A DNA stretch of 63,933 bases, counting the filler, from Octopus bimaculoides (taxonomy: Eukaryota), in the NCBI RefSeq assembly GCF_001194135.2. It is 8 parts of 8 records of this genome, joined end to end, with 100 filler letters (N's around TTAATTAATTAA, not from the genome) between each part and the next. Parts side by side here need not be neighbours in the genome. Positions count along the whole stretch, not along the records: positions 9,324 to 23,200 come from NC_068987.1; positions 23,301 to 42,435 come from NC_068989.1; 6 more parts are not named here. One strand, given 5' to 3'. Shown one piece after another: positions 11,664 through 24,770 of this stretch (position 1 is its first letter; every line of letters starts with the position of its first letter). Both the position numbers and the translations under genes were made by a program. The notes under the pieces are model-generated. The model ran no database searches. It was not told where the DNA came from and was given only the letters and a program-made list of their open reading frames with translations.

Positions 11664-11790
11664 AAAGAGAGAGGGTATGACGTTTCGGGCGTAGCCCTTC
11701 GTCGGAAAGATGGAAAGTTCGGAGAATGGAAGAACGGAGAAAGAGGAAAATGGTACCGATGCCCCCGAGGTTACATTATATATATATATA
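11664..11790 (-). mobile_element. Penelope-type terminal fragment with degenerate hammerhead-like core
   Basis: Minus strand CCGACGA-A-GGGC UAC GCCC-GAAA-CG-UC at 11705-11679. Confidence 0.45.
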
Positions 11791-12869
11791 AACAAATAAT
11801 AAATGAGTATATGCATATATACGTACAGGTATGTGCATACCTACATCTACCTCTATATATAGGTGCATATCTGGGTACAGGACATTGCAAACAAAACGTA
11901 GACAAGAAAATAATAATAACCAGAGTACAGAAAACACACAAGCCACATAGAGAACATTTTCCTTCATCAGCTACCCTCGTTTTAACACCGGCGTTTCGAA
12001 GAGTTGGGTAGGACACATCGTTAAAACAAACGGCTCTTCCCATAGACCGCAAATTAAATTTGTATACACAGACACACACACACACTAATACACGCATGCA
12101 TACGTAGACATATACTCATGTGTTTGACTGTGTGTGTTCGATTATGCGTGTATGTTTGTGTGTCATTTGAACAGCCTGTTAATTGAAGTTGTGATTAAGC
12201 TCATGAAACTTCAATCTCTATTTAAATACACTCGTACGCACACACATATACACACATACACACATATGCACACACATTGATGCACATACACATATACACA
12301 TGCATATAATACACATCATATCTGATTTATTGATATTTGCAATCTCTGAATTTCGCTATTCACATGCAAACTATGTTATGTTTCTAGTATTTGTTATAAA
12401 GATATTGAAAAATTTGTCTCAGTCGAAATAATTCTTTGTAATACGACAGTGTTATTGTTGGTGTAAGAATCATTCGTTCATATAAAGAACAACAAAATAA
12501 CTAAACAAACAACAATAGTACGGACTTTAATCTTTCTGACGAGTCTCTAATCAATAGACAGATGGAACAAGGCATTGTGTTTTTACTTCAGAGAAGAACC
12601 GCTTGAACAAAGCAGCAACAAAAGACATCTCAAAGAATGCATCAGTTCTGAACAAAACCAAAGAATTATAACAACAGCCCCCCACTGGAAGGAGAATGAA
12701 ATTTGTGGAATTTCACCCTATTTCCATCTAATTGCAAGAAGGTTGTTGCAAAACAAAGCATAAAGGATTTTTGTCTCTGAGACCCGACACGCATAAAAAG
12801 AACAGTTTTTAGAAGAATATGTGATTGTGCCTTCTGTATATGCCAAGTAATAGTGATGTATTCAGATTT

Positions 12870-13647
12870 AGTGGGAGAAAAAGAGAGTGAGAGAGAGAAA
12901 GAGAGAGAGAGATAGAGGGGGGAGAAGTTGGCGGGGGAGAGGTAAAGGAGAAAGGTAGGAAAAAAGGAAGGAAGGAAACGGGGCAGAAATGGAATCGAAG
13001 GACGAAAGCAAGGGTTTGAAGGGAAAGACGAGAATGTTGGAAAAGAGAGAGAAGTCTTGGTCGGGCTGTAACCTGTCAGGTTTGGGGATGAAATGACGGC
13101 AGGGAGGAAGAGTAAGAAAAAAGGCACTGAAGTAATTAGTTGGATGCATTGTTGTTATTTGGTGTTGCCAAAATTGTCTTCTTGTTCCTTATTGGAGATG
13201 ATGATGATGATGATGATGCTGTTGTTGTTGATTCTGGTATCGGTGTGCTGTGTGTAGAGTTAGAGATGAAAATGAATAGAATATAAAATACCAAAGCAAG
13301 AACAAAACAACAAAACAAAGAAATATAAATAAAAGCGAAAAATGACGGAAAATAAGAAATATGGAAAAAAAAATTGAAGGAAAAAATGAAAAAAATAAAA
13401 GGAATAAAGAAAGACACAAAGTGTTGAGAAATATAAGACATATTAGAAAGGGGTAGAGGGAAGAGGAGGGAGAAGGAGAGAGATGGTGGAGAAAAGGAGA
13501 GGGAGAGTAGAGGTAGGAGATAGTGGGAGGAAGAGGGAGTGAGAGTAAGTGAGAAAGAATGAGATTGAGAGTCAAAGAGAAAGAAAGACGTGTGAATGAG
13601 TGAGTGAAAGAGAGAGGGGGAAAGAGAGAGAGAGAAAAAAGGAGTAA

Positions 13648-13716
<69 letters not shown>

Positions 13717-13741
13717 CGAAAGAAAAAGGAGTGAGTGAGAA

Positions 13742-13784
<43 letters not shown>

Positions 13785-13800
13785 TGGGGTTATGAGAGAA
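12870..13800. repeat. Purine-rich low-complexity tract with (GA)n
   Basis: Directly visible. Confidence 0.9.
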
Positions 13801-14860
13801 GGGAAAAGCTTTAATTTCTTGTATGAATGTCAGGGAGCTCGGCTAAATTCTGATTGTAATATTTGTTGAAAGACATGGTGTAGTACGAGCGTAGCTTTAT
13901 TGTTTTTCATTGACCAGTGTGTCTTGGTGAGAAATAATTGTGGTTGCATTAGTTAATGCGATGGCTGCTGGCTGCTGGCTTGGTTGTAAATCGTTGGTAG
14001 AGAGTGAGAGAGAGACATTCGGACACTAACAACAACGAAAACAACCTGGTACAACAATGGTAAAGACAAAATACATATATATATAAAGCAAAACGAAAAA
14101 CAAAAACAGAAAAAGAATTATAAAGAAAATTAAAAAGCAAAAGAACTACCTCCCTATCCTAACGTATACCCCTACCTCAACACACTTCAACCGCTTATAC
14201 TTAGAATAGCCTGACCGGACTTCGAATACAGTGTTGAAAAGAAGCCGAAGAATTGCTTACGAGTCAAATCGTACATCTTGGCCTATTGTCAAATTAGGTT
14301 AGCGTTCTAATAGAGAAAGAAGGCAATGTAAAAAGGTGTTAGTAAGAGTTAATCTATATCTGTTTTATGTTGGCACAATTGATATGGAATCGGCATTGAC
14401 AGAGTAGCAAAGTATGTATTTGGCAGGCCACTTATTCTGTCAACACATTCATCCATTTTCGACCTACGATTACCATGTAACTATATTAGACAACGTTAAA
14501 AGAGTCATTGTAAGAAACTGAAAGGTCACAAATTGCTGCTTATCAGCAAGCAATATTTGTGTGTATGCATCTATGCAGACGTTATATACGAGTGACACAG
14601 ACGGAGGGGAACACATACAGACACACGTAGAATGACACACAAAAAAAAAACCTAAAGCACAAACACAAATAAATACATTTACAGACAAATACAAATTCAT
14701 GTACGCTTTTGTATATGCATTTACATACATGCATAGGAACAAAGATACAAACACACACACACACGCACACACACACATACACAAGTGTACATGTTTATAA
14801 ATACATGCATATATGCATGTATGTCCAAGTGCGACTCTCTATATCTCTGTCTTTCTTCCC

Positions 14861-14904
<44 letters not shown>

Positions 14905-15489
14905 NNNNNNNNNNNNNNNNNNNNNNNNNNNNNNNNNNNNNNNNNNNNNNNNNNNNNNNNNNNNNNNNNNNNNNNNNNNNNNNNNNNNNNNNNNNNNNNN
15001 NNNNNNNNNNNNNNNNNNNNNNNNNNNNNNNNNNNNNNNNNNNNNNNNNNNNNNNNNNNNNNNNNNNNNNNNNNNNNNNNNNNNNNNNNNNNNNNNNNNN
15101 NNNNNNNNNNNNNNNNNNNNNNNNNNNNNNNNNNNNNNNNNNNNNNNNNNNNNNNNNNNNNNNNNNNNNNNNNNNNNNNNNNNNNNNNNNNNNNNNNNNN
15201 NNNNNNNNNNNNNNNNNNNNNNNNNNNNNNNNNNNNNNNNNNNNNNNNNNNNNNNNNNNNNNNNNNNNNNNNNNNNNNNNNNNNNNNNNNNNNNNNNNNN
15301 NNNNNNNNNNNNNNNNNNNNNNNNNNNNNNNNNNNNNNNNNNNNNNNNNNNNNNNNNNNNNNNNNNNNNNNNNNNNNNNNNNNNNNNNNNNNNNNNNNNN
15401 NNNNNNNNNNNNNNNNNNNNNNNNNNNNNNNNNNNNNNNNNNNNNNNNNNNNNNNNNNNNNNNNNNNNNNNNNNNNNNNNNNTGTATGC

Positions 15490-15770
15490 ATATATGTATG
15501 TCATTGGTCTGTAGTCATGCTGGAGTACTGCCATGCCATGGAGAGTTTTAGTCCAGCGGTTACTCTCTCTCTTTTACTCTTTTAATTGTTTCAATCATTT
15601 GATTGTTGCCATGCTGGAGCACCGCCTTTAGTCGAGCAAATCGACCCCAGGACTTATTCTTTGTAAGCTTAGTACTTATTCTGTCGGTCTCTTTTGCCGA
15701 ACCGCTAAGTTACGGGGACATAAACGCACCAGCATCGGTTGTCGAGCGATGGTTTGATACAAACACAGAC
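15490..15770 (-). mobile_element. SINE body/3' part
   Basis: Reverse complement of the 32250-32620 and 36990-37210 family (gaataagtactaggctt...cctggggtcgatttg). Confidence 0.7.
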
Positions 15771-15779
15771 ACACGACCA

Positions 15780-16260
15780 TATAGATTCCGGCTCAAAGTG
15801 ATGGACCTAAGTCTCATCTTCTGTGATTATTCTCTCAAAAAACTTCACCTTCATCGATGTACCGCTCGAGTAAGCGGTGGCAGATCTCTAGACGTCTGCG
15901 CTTAAGCTGTTCAGTAAGCTCTCTTGGCACATAATTTATGGAAGCGAATCTTGTCGTAGATGATTTCGTACGCAGAACCGAATGTAATTTGCAGAGAACA
16001 TACCATTTAAATGATGGTCACACGTCAGTTCGCCAGAACCATCTCTCAAGCTTGTTGATGGACGTTCTGTTCCCTCTTCATGCTTCACGGTCATTTTAAA
16101 ACGTCCCTATTCATTCAATCACACTTCTATGCTCTAAAGAGATACCCCAAGTGGTGCCGGTCAGACCACGCCATGTATACTCTGTAACAGAAGAAAGAAA
16201 AGTGGAGCGATCAAGAAAACCCACTTATGGCACACGAGTTACATCATTTATATTATTTGG
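15780..16260 (-). mobile_element. Mariner transposase N-terminal half (degenerate)
   Basis: Minus strand, with frameshifts: IIYDKIRFHKLCAK/VPRELTEQLKRRRLEICHRLLERY...ERIITEDET*VHHFEPES, i.e. the WVPRELT and TGDETW motifs. Confidence 0.75.
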
Positions 16261-16269
16261 GGAAATTTT

Positions 16270-16885
16270 AAAGGTATTTTTCGATGTTGTTGTTATTATT
16301 ATTATTATGCTTGGAATCGAATTCAGGATCTTGGGGTTAGTAGCCCACGCCCTTAACCACTACTCCATATAGGTGGGTTATTATGGAGTGAATTTTAGGG
16401 TTTATAAATCTAATACTCTCCTCTCCGTCCTTAATACCGGTTCCCATATTCTATTCATATCTGCACTCGGTCTGCTTAGGTTGCCATTGTGTCCTAATAT
16501 ATGTGCTGCTTCTTTTAGCTTTCGTATTTTCCAATGGTGTCCCCTGTCTATTATTTTAACTTCATCCCACAGGGGGAGGTGGTCTCCATTTTTCCACACA
16601 TGAACAGCTATACCCAATTTATCAATATCTCCTCGTGTCACGGCATTGCGATGTTCGCCTACCCTTATTTTGAAGGGTTGGCATGTTTCACCTTTATATA
16701 ACCTACAAAAGCTGCATGGGATGGAGTACACGCAGTTCTTAGTCATATTCTTTTCTATTGGTGGTTTTACTCGAAGGAGATATTTGCCTTGTGTTAACAA
16801 CAAACAAGATGAGGAAAAATATCCGTCAAATGTAAATAATGTAGATAATGTACGTAATTCCTCATCTCTTAAATATAGAACTAAT
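16270..16885 (-). mobile_element. 5'-truncated Penelope element with GIY-YIG endonuclease and inverted terminal piece (16791-16885)
   Basis: ORF 16402-16803 has CVYSIPCSFCRLYKGET...RVGEH...KLKEAAHI; 16791-16885 matches 7333-7425. Confidence 0.85.
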
Positions 16886-17274
16886 ATATAATTTGTTGTT
16901 AATCGGGAGGGTCATTATGGAAATACTAATATCACGCGCTGGTTCTGTTTTACTTCGTTCTTCTTTATTTGTCAATTGGTTAATAATCGACCGATTGATT
17001 AATACTTCAGTTAATCGCACAATCAGCAAGATTTGTCAGTCCTTTCGTCGCCGTTTCATATCTCATCCACCTCAATTCCAAAGCAGACCTCGATTATAGA
17101 GGACATGTAATTGATGAGGTTGTGAATGTTAACAAAAGGACTTTGACATAACTAACTGATTCATTGATTAACCAAACGATTAATTAAACAATCGATTAGT
17201 TAATTGGATATATACGTGACTAATTGACACACAAAGAAGAGAATTACTACCACTGCGTATGTTTATTATTTACT

Positions 17275-17480
17275 TTCAAATTTTGGCACGAGGCCAGTAA
17301 TTTCAGGGTAGGGGGTAAGTTGATTACATCGACCCCGGCGTCAGACTGACACTTATTTGATTGACTCCGAAATGAAAGGCAAATTCGACCTCGGGTTAAT
17401 TTTAACTCAGAGCATTAAGACGGACGAAATGCCGTTAATTATTCTGCCCGGCGTGTTAGCGATTCTGCCAACTCACCGGG
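17275..17480 (-). mobile_element. tRNA-derived SINE (same family as the 56296-57135 array)
   Basis: tttcaaattttggcac...gattacatcgacccc...gacggacgaaatgcc shared with the array. Confidence 0.75.
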
Positions 17481-18289
17481 TTTATTGTTGGCATAATAAC
17501 CCTCGTGATATACAACGCAATATCTTTCAACACACGATTTCCCATTCAGAATTTTGCAAATCAAATACAAAAATCAAATATTATAAATCTCTAATCTAAC
17601 TCACATAAATTACGCTGGTTTAATCATTCGTTCTTTGTTCGGGTGTAGATGAAATTTTGGGAAAACCTGGAGCGGTAACTGTCGCGTGGGGTGGAATTTC
17701 AACCATGTTTCGCGGTCTGCTACCACAACTGCACCTTTATAGGATCTAGTTAGCTCAAGACATCATCATGAGGAACCACGTCCGGTTTCGGCCCCTACTT
17801 CTCTACTGTTTTGACGTGGCGGGGCCGCCCCTTTCGGAGGTGTCTTCAGCTCTGGTGTTGAGTTCATGCCTTCTTTTTTCTGTCCCCTGGCCTCTTCGAT
17901 GCAGCGTCAACGAGTGTCAGCGGCTGACTGACTGCCTTGTCAAATTTCCCTTTAAATACCTGCTGCTAGGCTCCAGCAGGCAGCCCCAGCAGGCAGCCCC
18001 AGCAAGTTGTCACGCATGCATTTACAATGAGCAATATATATTTATATAGCCTGAGAAAATGTACTTGAAGATGTGTTAAGCTCAAGATCGTGATTTCGAT
18101 TTCCGGTCCGGACGGAACTTTGTTGTTGAGCAAAACCCTTCGGTTCACATTGCTCCAATTTACACAGTTATAAATGCGTGACCCTTTAGGATCACTGCCG
18201 TTCAGAAGGAATATTGCTATCTCGGTTAATAATACACCATGGAAACAGGGTGAGCGGAACTATAAACAGAGCGATTCGAGACAATAATG

Positions 18290-18295
18290 AGGAAG

Positions 18296-18352
<57 letters not shown>

Positions 18353-18504
18353 CGACGATGATGATAATGATGATGATGATGATGAGGAGGAGGAGGAGGA
18401 GGAGGAGGAGGATAAAGGTGATGGTGATGATGATGATGATAAAGGTGATGAGCATGATGATGATGATATTGATGATAATAAAGGTGATGATAATGATGAC
18501 GATA

Positions 18505-18544
<40 letters not shown>

Positions 18545-18670
18545 CGACGACGACGACGATGATCATGATGATATGATGACAATGATCATGGCGATGCTGA
18601 CGACGACAACGATGACGATGATGATGATGATGTTGGTGGTGATTATCACGATGATGGTGGTGATGATGAT
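18290..18670. repeat. Degenerate (GAT)n/(GAG)n/(GAC)n trinucleotide tract
   Basis: Directly visible; source of the poly-M/H/I ORFs. Confidence 0.95.
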
Positions 18671-19899
18671 GTTAGTCTCGCGAGACTATGCATCTGCTCT
18701 TGGAAAGTGGAAGTTTACTCTCTAAGAGTGAAACAGATAATAATCTACAGCGGAAGTTAAAAACAAATTACAAAACTAGATTTCTCACATTACACGACAC
18801 AGGCACGAACTTATACATTACAATTTGCAAATATATTTAACGACGAAGCAAAATAAAAGTGGGGGGGGGGGAGAAAACCCCCTCAAAACCTAAACAAACG
18901 TTCTGAAAGAATCGATATTGAAATTAAGAAAAAAAAAATTATATATTTAAATTTGGAAATAAATGTAAAATTTAAACTGAAGATCTCAAACAAAAACAAG
19001 CGTGCACACATATACAAATTTATACTCGTACAAATAAAGGGTTATAAAAGAAAAAAAAAGCGTTTTGTATTTATATTGTGTTATATTTAGCCATAAATTA
19101 AAATATTCAACGAACACGCGATCCCTGTAACTATTGGCACAGATTTCATTTAATACTCGCTTTCTTTCCTTTCTCTTTGAACTGCGTTCCGGTTTGAAGT
19201 TGGTGGGTTTCCTTTTTTTGTTTTCATTCATTTATTTATTCTAGTAGTTATTCCGCCCCCACCATCCCTATCGTTTTTTGTTGTTGTTGTTGTTTTGTTT
19301 TTACATTTCTTTTCTCTTTTCGTACATAAGATCAAAAGGTCAGTGTCGATCGTTTTAACTTGGAGCTAAAAGAATCTCTGAAACACAATCGTTACACAAA
19401 AGCACTCGTTCCGGAAATCCATCATACGGCTTCTGATATCTAACATACACAGTTGAGGCATAACAAATACTCAATTACCCACCGGTAATGAAAAGAGGTT
19501 GAAGCATTATTATTCCAGTATCTTCACGTAAAGTTTATGTAATTTTGAGAAGCTATTTTAGTAAATAGCGAAAATTATTATTGTGTTTCTTCTTTTATTT
19601 TAAAGTTAGTATTAGTTTATGATAGCCACTGTCATTAAAGAGCGAATATGGTAAAAGAGTCTATTAGCATAATACTGATTATATGAGATCTTAATGAAAA
19701 TTTGTATTTCATCATCGCCTATTGTGAGATCGTTGAAATTGTCGAACGCTATTGTTTTCCATTACAAGTGGAAATGAAACGGCAGAACAGTTACATTTAT
19801 AACTTCTCATTGCCTGTGCATCAGAAATGTCGAGTGAATTTTCTGAAATAAGAATAAGCGTAAAAGGAAGAAATAATAATAATAATAATAATGAGTTCA

Positions 19900-20180
19900 A
19901 ATTTTAGCATAAGGCGAGCAGTTTGGAAGAGGTGAGTAAGTCGATTAAGTCAACCCCAGTGTTTAACTGGTACTTATTTCATCGACCCTGTGAGTGGATT
20001 TGGCAGACGAAAACTGAAAGAAGCCCGTCGTTTATCTATATCCATCGACTTTGCCTTTCATCCCTTCGGGGTCGATAAATTAAGTACCAGTTACGCACTG
20101 GAGTCGATGTAATCGACTTAATCCCTTTCTCTGTCCTTGTTTGTACCCTCTATGTTTATCCCCTTGTGGGCAATAATGAA
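19900..20180. mobile_element. Adjacent SINE fragments in both orientations
   Basis: Pieces match the 56296 family and the 31875 family. Confidence 0.6.
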
Positions 20181-20956
20181 ATATGATGTAAGTGCTACAC
20201 GGGTCCTAACCAATACCTCTGTACAACCCACAAACAGAGCTTCTTCGTGTAGACGCTTGCCCTGCTAGATATAGTAGCTAAATGTCTTTTAAAACAAACA
20301 CATAAAAAAGTGTATCTGATACAGAGGGTCTGAAATCAAGATAGAATTTTCCTGGATACACAAGGCCATAAAAATTCAAGTCAGGTGGTTATATTTTGAG
20401 GGAGATTATGGTTTCTATTTCTTCCAATCTGTGTGACAGTTTTGTAGTCTCGATGTTGGTTCATTGTTTTTTTCATATTAAAGTTATAAATGTGTAGTTA
20501 CAGAAATTAGCTAAAGCAGAATAGATATGTTACAGCAAGTATACACTTAGAATAACTAATCGATATGATTTGCATTGGTTTCAAGTTGTTTAGATCGTAT
20601 AATTAACACATATGCGTAGTATTGTAGCTAATTATAAACACAACTTAATTTGAAGTGTTAAAAAACTATATTTGTATATATACATATGGAAAAAAAAAAT
20701 TTCTCAAATATGCTATTTTCCAATATTGATTTCACAATTCCATACGAGACGTCGCAGCATTCAAAAATACATTGTTAAAACACAAAAGAGTGACGTGGAC
20801 TATATTCCACTTCTCGTTATCACTATGAGATAGAAAGTAACGATTTTTTCATGTAAAATGAATGTTCTTCTACTACTTATTGCCCATTGAAAATTCGTAC
20901 TAAGAGGCTGAGTGATATAGTTATATCTACAATAAACTATAGTTATATTTACAATA

Positions 20957-21047
<91 letters not shown>

Positions 21048-21840
21048 TGTGTACGTATATCCATGTATATATATATCTATATCTATCTATAGCAATCTAT
21101 CTATTCATTTATAAATATATGTATAAATATATATATATGTGCATATGTATATGAATATATACATACATATACACAAACACACGCATAATACGCATATATA
21201 CGCATATATACATACANNNNNNNNNNNNNNNNNNNNNNNNNNNNNNNNNNNNNNNNNNNNNNNNNNNNNNNNNNNNNNNNNNNNNNNNNNNNNNNNNNNN
21301 NNNNNNNNNNNNNNNNNNNNNNNNNNNNNNNNNNNNNNNNNNNNNNNNNNNNNNNNNNNNNNNNNNNNNNNNNNNNNNNNNNNNNNNNNNNNNNNNNNNN
21401 NNNNNNNNNNNNNNNNNNNNNNNNNNNNNNNNNNNNNNNNNNNNNNNNNNNNNNNNNNNNNNNNNNNNNNNNNNNNNNNNNNNNNNNNNNNNNNNNNNNN
21501 NNNNNNNNNNNNNNNNNNNNNNNNNNNNNNNNNNNNNNNNNNNNNNNNNNNNNNNNNNNNNNNNNNNNNNNNNNNNNNNNNNNNNNNNNNNNNNNNNNNN
21601 NNNNNNNNNNNNNNNNNNNNNNNNNNNNNNNNNNNNNNNNNNNNNNNNNNNNNNNNNNNNNNNNNNNNNNNNNNNNNNNNNNNNNNNNNNNNNNNNNNNN
21701 NNNNNNNNNNNNNNNNNNNNNNNNNNNNNNNNNNNNNNNNNNNNNNNNNNNNNNNNNNNNNNNNNNNNNNNNNNNNNNNNNNNNNNNNNNNNNNNNNNNN
21801 NNNNNNNNNNNNNNNNNNNNNNNNNNNNNACACACACACA

Positions 21841-21872
<32 letters not shown>

Positions 21873-21899
21873 TACACACACACATACTTTATATGTATA

Positions 21900-22170
21900 A
21901 AGTGGAGGCGCAATCGCGGTTTCGATTCCCAGACCGGGCGTTGCGTGCGTTTATTGAGCGAAAACACATGAACCACCACGACGCTCCGGCAGGGAGTGGT
22001 GGCGACCCCTGTTGTACTCTTTCACCCCAACTTTCTCTCACTCTTTCTTCCTGCTTCTTGAGTAACGCTGCGATGGACTGGCATCCCGTCCAGCTGGTGG
22101 GGAACGCATACACGATAGAAACCGGGAAACCGGACCCATGAGCCTGACTAGGCTTTAAAAGGGCGCATAA
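21900..22170 (+). mobile_element. tRNA-derived SINE (family shared with 46040-46211)
   Basis: gtggaggcgcaat...ggtttcgattcccagaccgg...ggtggcgacccct shared. Confidence 0.75.
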
Positions 22171-22214
22171 ATAATAATAAAAAAATATGTATAAAGCGTG
22201 ATTTATTCGTGATC

Positions 22215-22326
22215 AAAGGCGTTCGTAAACCGAGGTACTACTGTATAAAATGACTATGGGAAAGGCAGGAAATAAAGTACGATTTCTTCGTGATCAGAGT
22301 TGTTCGTAAACCGAGGTTCTACTGTA
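22215..22326. mobile_element. Two pogo/Tigger-like TIR remnants
   Basis: gttcgtaaaccgaggt(a/t)ctactgta occurs twice, ending in TA. Confidence 0.4.
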
Positions 22327-22899
22327 CTTCAATCCGATTCTACCTGGTCATAATATTAATACATTCAAATGTCTCTTCGTTTGATATAACCACTCTTGTA
22401 TTAGTTATATTAATTCCAATATTATTCATATCCTGCCTTTATATTCCTTCAGATCCTAATCGGTTTACTTACTGTTTGACTTGTGCTCCTTATAATTTAA
22501 TCACTCTTCATATACCATTATCTTTACATCATGGAATTTATATAATTCTTAATGTTTATTTGTTATATTTAACCATAGTTGATTAATACATCATAATTGT
22601 TAATATGTATTTATTTATATATATATATCTATACACACATACACGACTAAAAGTATTACATATATTATTATATTACTATGTTACTGTATAACTATAACAA
22701 CATATTACTATAGTTGATTACTTATTATCCAGATGCATAATCCGAATGCACTACTGTATAAAGATTCTAATATTTTCCGATATCATTAAGACTACTACTA
22801 TAAACGTTATATTCATATCTAGAAGAATAACACGTAAAAATAAATTTTGGATCGAAATTTGGATCTATCTATGTATCTATCTGGGCCGAAAGGAAGCTT

Positions 22900-23200
22900 T
22901 CCCTGAAAGGTCGGGTGGAGGTGGCGAACACGTACATCGCGTCCGTCATCTACTATCGCCTGACCGTCGTGCCTTGTCCCGACCCTACCATCACCAAACT
23001 GGAGCGCATCCTCTTCCGCTTCTTGTGGAAAGAAGCGTTCCGATGGTTAGGCGATCCGTTTGCTGCCAACACCCGTTAAAAGGAGGACTGGGCATGCCGT
23101 GGTTGATGATGCGCAGACACGCGCTGAGACTGCGACATCTCCGGCTCTACGTAGACAACGGTGAACAGGTGTGGTCGCCGTTTGTGCGACGCGCTTTCCC
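22900..23200 (+). mobile_element. Tx1/L1-clade LINE ORF2 C-terminal fragment
   Basis: LKGRVEVANTYIASVIYYRLTVVPCP...LERILFRFLW/...HPLKGGLGMP; one frameshift; GC-rich and CpG-rich. Confidence 0.75.
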
Positions 23201-23774
23201 NNNNNNNNNNNNNNNNNNNNNNNNNNNNNNNNNNNNNNNNNNNNTTAATTAATTAANNNNNNNNNNNNNNNNNNNNNNNNNNNNNNNNNNNNNNNNNNNN
23301 ATGAGTCAAGGAAAAAAAACACACACACAAAGAATCGTTGGAGGAGGAGTAGGAGGAGGAGGAGGAGAAGGAGAAGAAGAAGAAGGAGAAGAAGAAGAAG
23401 AAGAAGAAGAAGAAGAAGAAGAAGAAGAAGAAGAAGAAGAAGAAGAAGAAGAAGAAGAAGAAAATACACCATGTGTGTCTAAGTAAAATTTGACAGTAAC
23501 GGTAAAATATAAACAGATTCAGATTCTCTGCAGAAATACTGAAAGTAAAGTTAATTTACAAATGTGATGTAAAACATACACAGGCACGCGCACAAACACA
23601 CACACATGCATACACACATACATGCACAGACACACAATTACACGCACATGCGCAAACACACACAAACATTAATACACACATACATACACACAATAGGTGG
23701 GGTATGGTTAATAACTTTACTTAGAAAACGTGTCATTCCAAGTTTGATTTCACTTTTGTTAGTTAAGTCACTTC

Positions 23775-24110
23775 TATTCATCATCATCATCATCATCATC
23801 ATCGTTTAACGTCCGCTTTCCATGCTAGCATGGGTTGGACGATTTGACTGAGGACTGGTGAAACCGGATGGCAACACCAGGCTCCAGTCTAATTTGGCAG
23901 AGTTTCTACAGCTGGATGCCCTTCCTAACGCCAACCACTCAGAGAGTGTAGTAGGTGCTTTTACGTGTCACCCGCACGAAAACGGCCACGCTCGAAATGG
24001 TGTCTTTTATGTGCCACCTGCACAAGCCAGTCCAGGGGCACTGGCAACGATCTCACTCGAAAATCCTACGGGAGCCAGTCAGGCGGTACTGGCAACGGCC
24101 ATGCTCAAAA
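23775..24110 (-). mobile_element. RTE-type LINE 3' UTR with (GAT)n tail
   Basis: Near-identical to 53013-53260, which continues into RTE coding sequence. Confidence 0.7.
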
Positions 24111-24289
24111 TGGTTTATATTGATCAATACCTTCACCATTGTTGTTTTACTGTCCACTTTTCCATGCTGTCATGGAGCGGATCAGACAGGATCTGTTGGG
24201 GCATGCAACTATCACAAAATTTTGCTCAGACAAAGAGATACTATTGCCCATGTGCACACACACACAGATGGCCTGGCATGTCATCAGTT

Positions 24290-24585
24290 ACGATGACAAG
24301 GGTTCCAGTTGATCCAACCAATGAACAACCTGCTTGTGAAATTAACATGCAAGTGGCTGAGTACTGCACAGACCTGCATACCCTTAACATAGTTCTCAGG
24401 GAGATCCAGTGTGATACAGAATGTGACAGGGCTGGCCCTTTTGAATTATGGGTACAACTCATTTTTGCCAGCTGAGTGGATTGAAGCAATGTGAAATAAA
24501 GTGTCTTGCTCAAGGACATACTGAGCCACCAGGAATTGAACTCACGACCTTATAATTGTGAACAAATACCCTGGCCACTAAGCCA
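24290..24585 (-). mobile_element. tRNA-derived SINE with CORE-like region
   Basis: Reverse complement of 45648-45955. Confidence 0.75.
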
Positions 24586-24619
24586 TACACGCACACATAT
24601 ACACATACATACAATAGGC

Positions 24620-24770
24620 TTCTTTCAGTTTCTTGCACCAAATCCAGTCACAAGATTTTGGTTGGCATAGGGCTATAATAGAAAACATTTGTACAAGGTA
24701 CCATGCAGTGGGACTGAACCTAAAATCACATGGTTGGGAAGCAAACATCTTAACCATACAGCTACTGTGA
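24620..24770 (-). mobile_element. SINE (31875 family)
   Basis: gggactgaacc...tggttgggaagcaaac...taacca head in reverse. Confidence 0.7.

Noticed and set aside
18192-18582. Poly-Met/His/Ile ORFs resembling metal-binding or structural proteins
   Set aside because: All frames of a degenerate (GAT)n microsatellite; no unique coding flanks.
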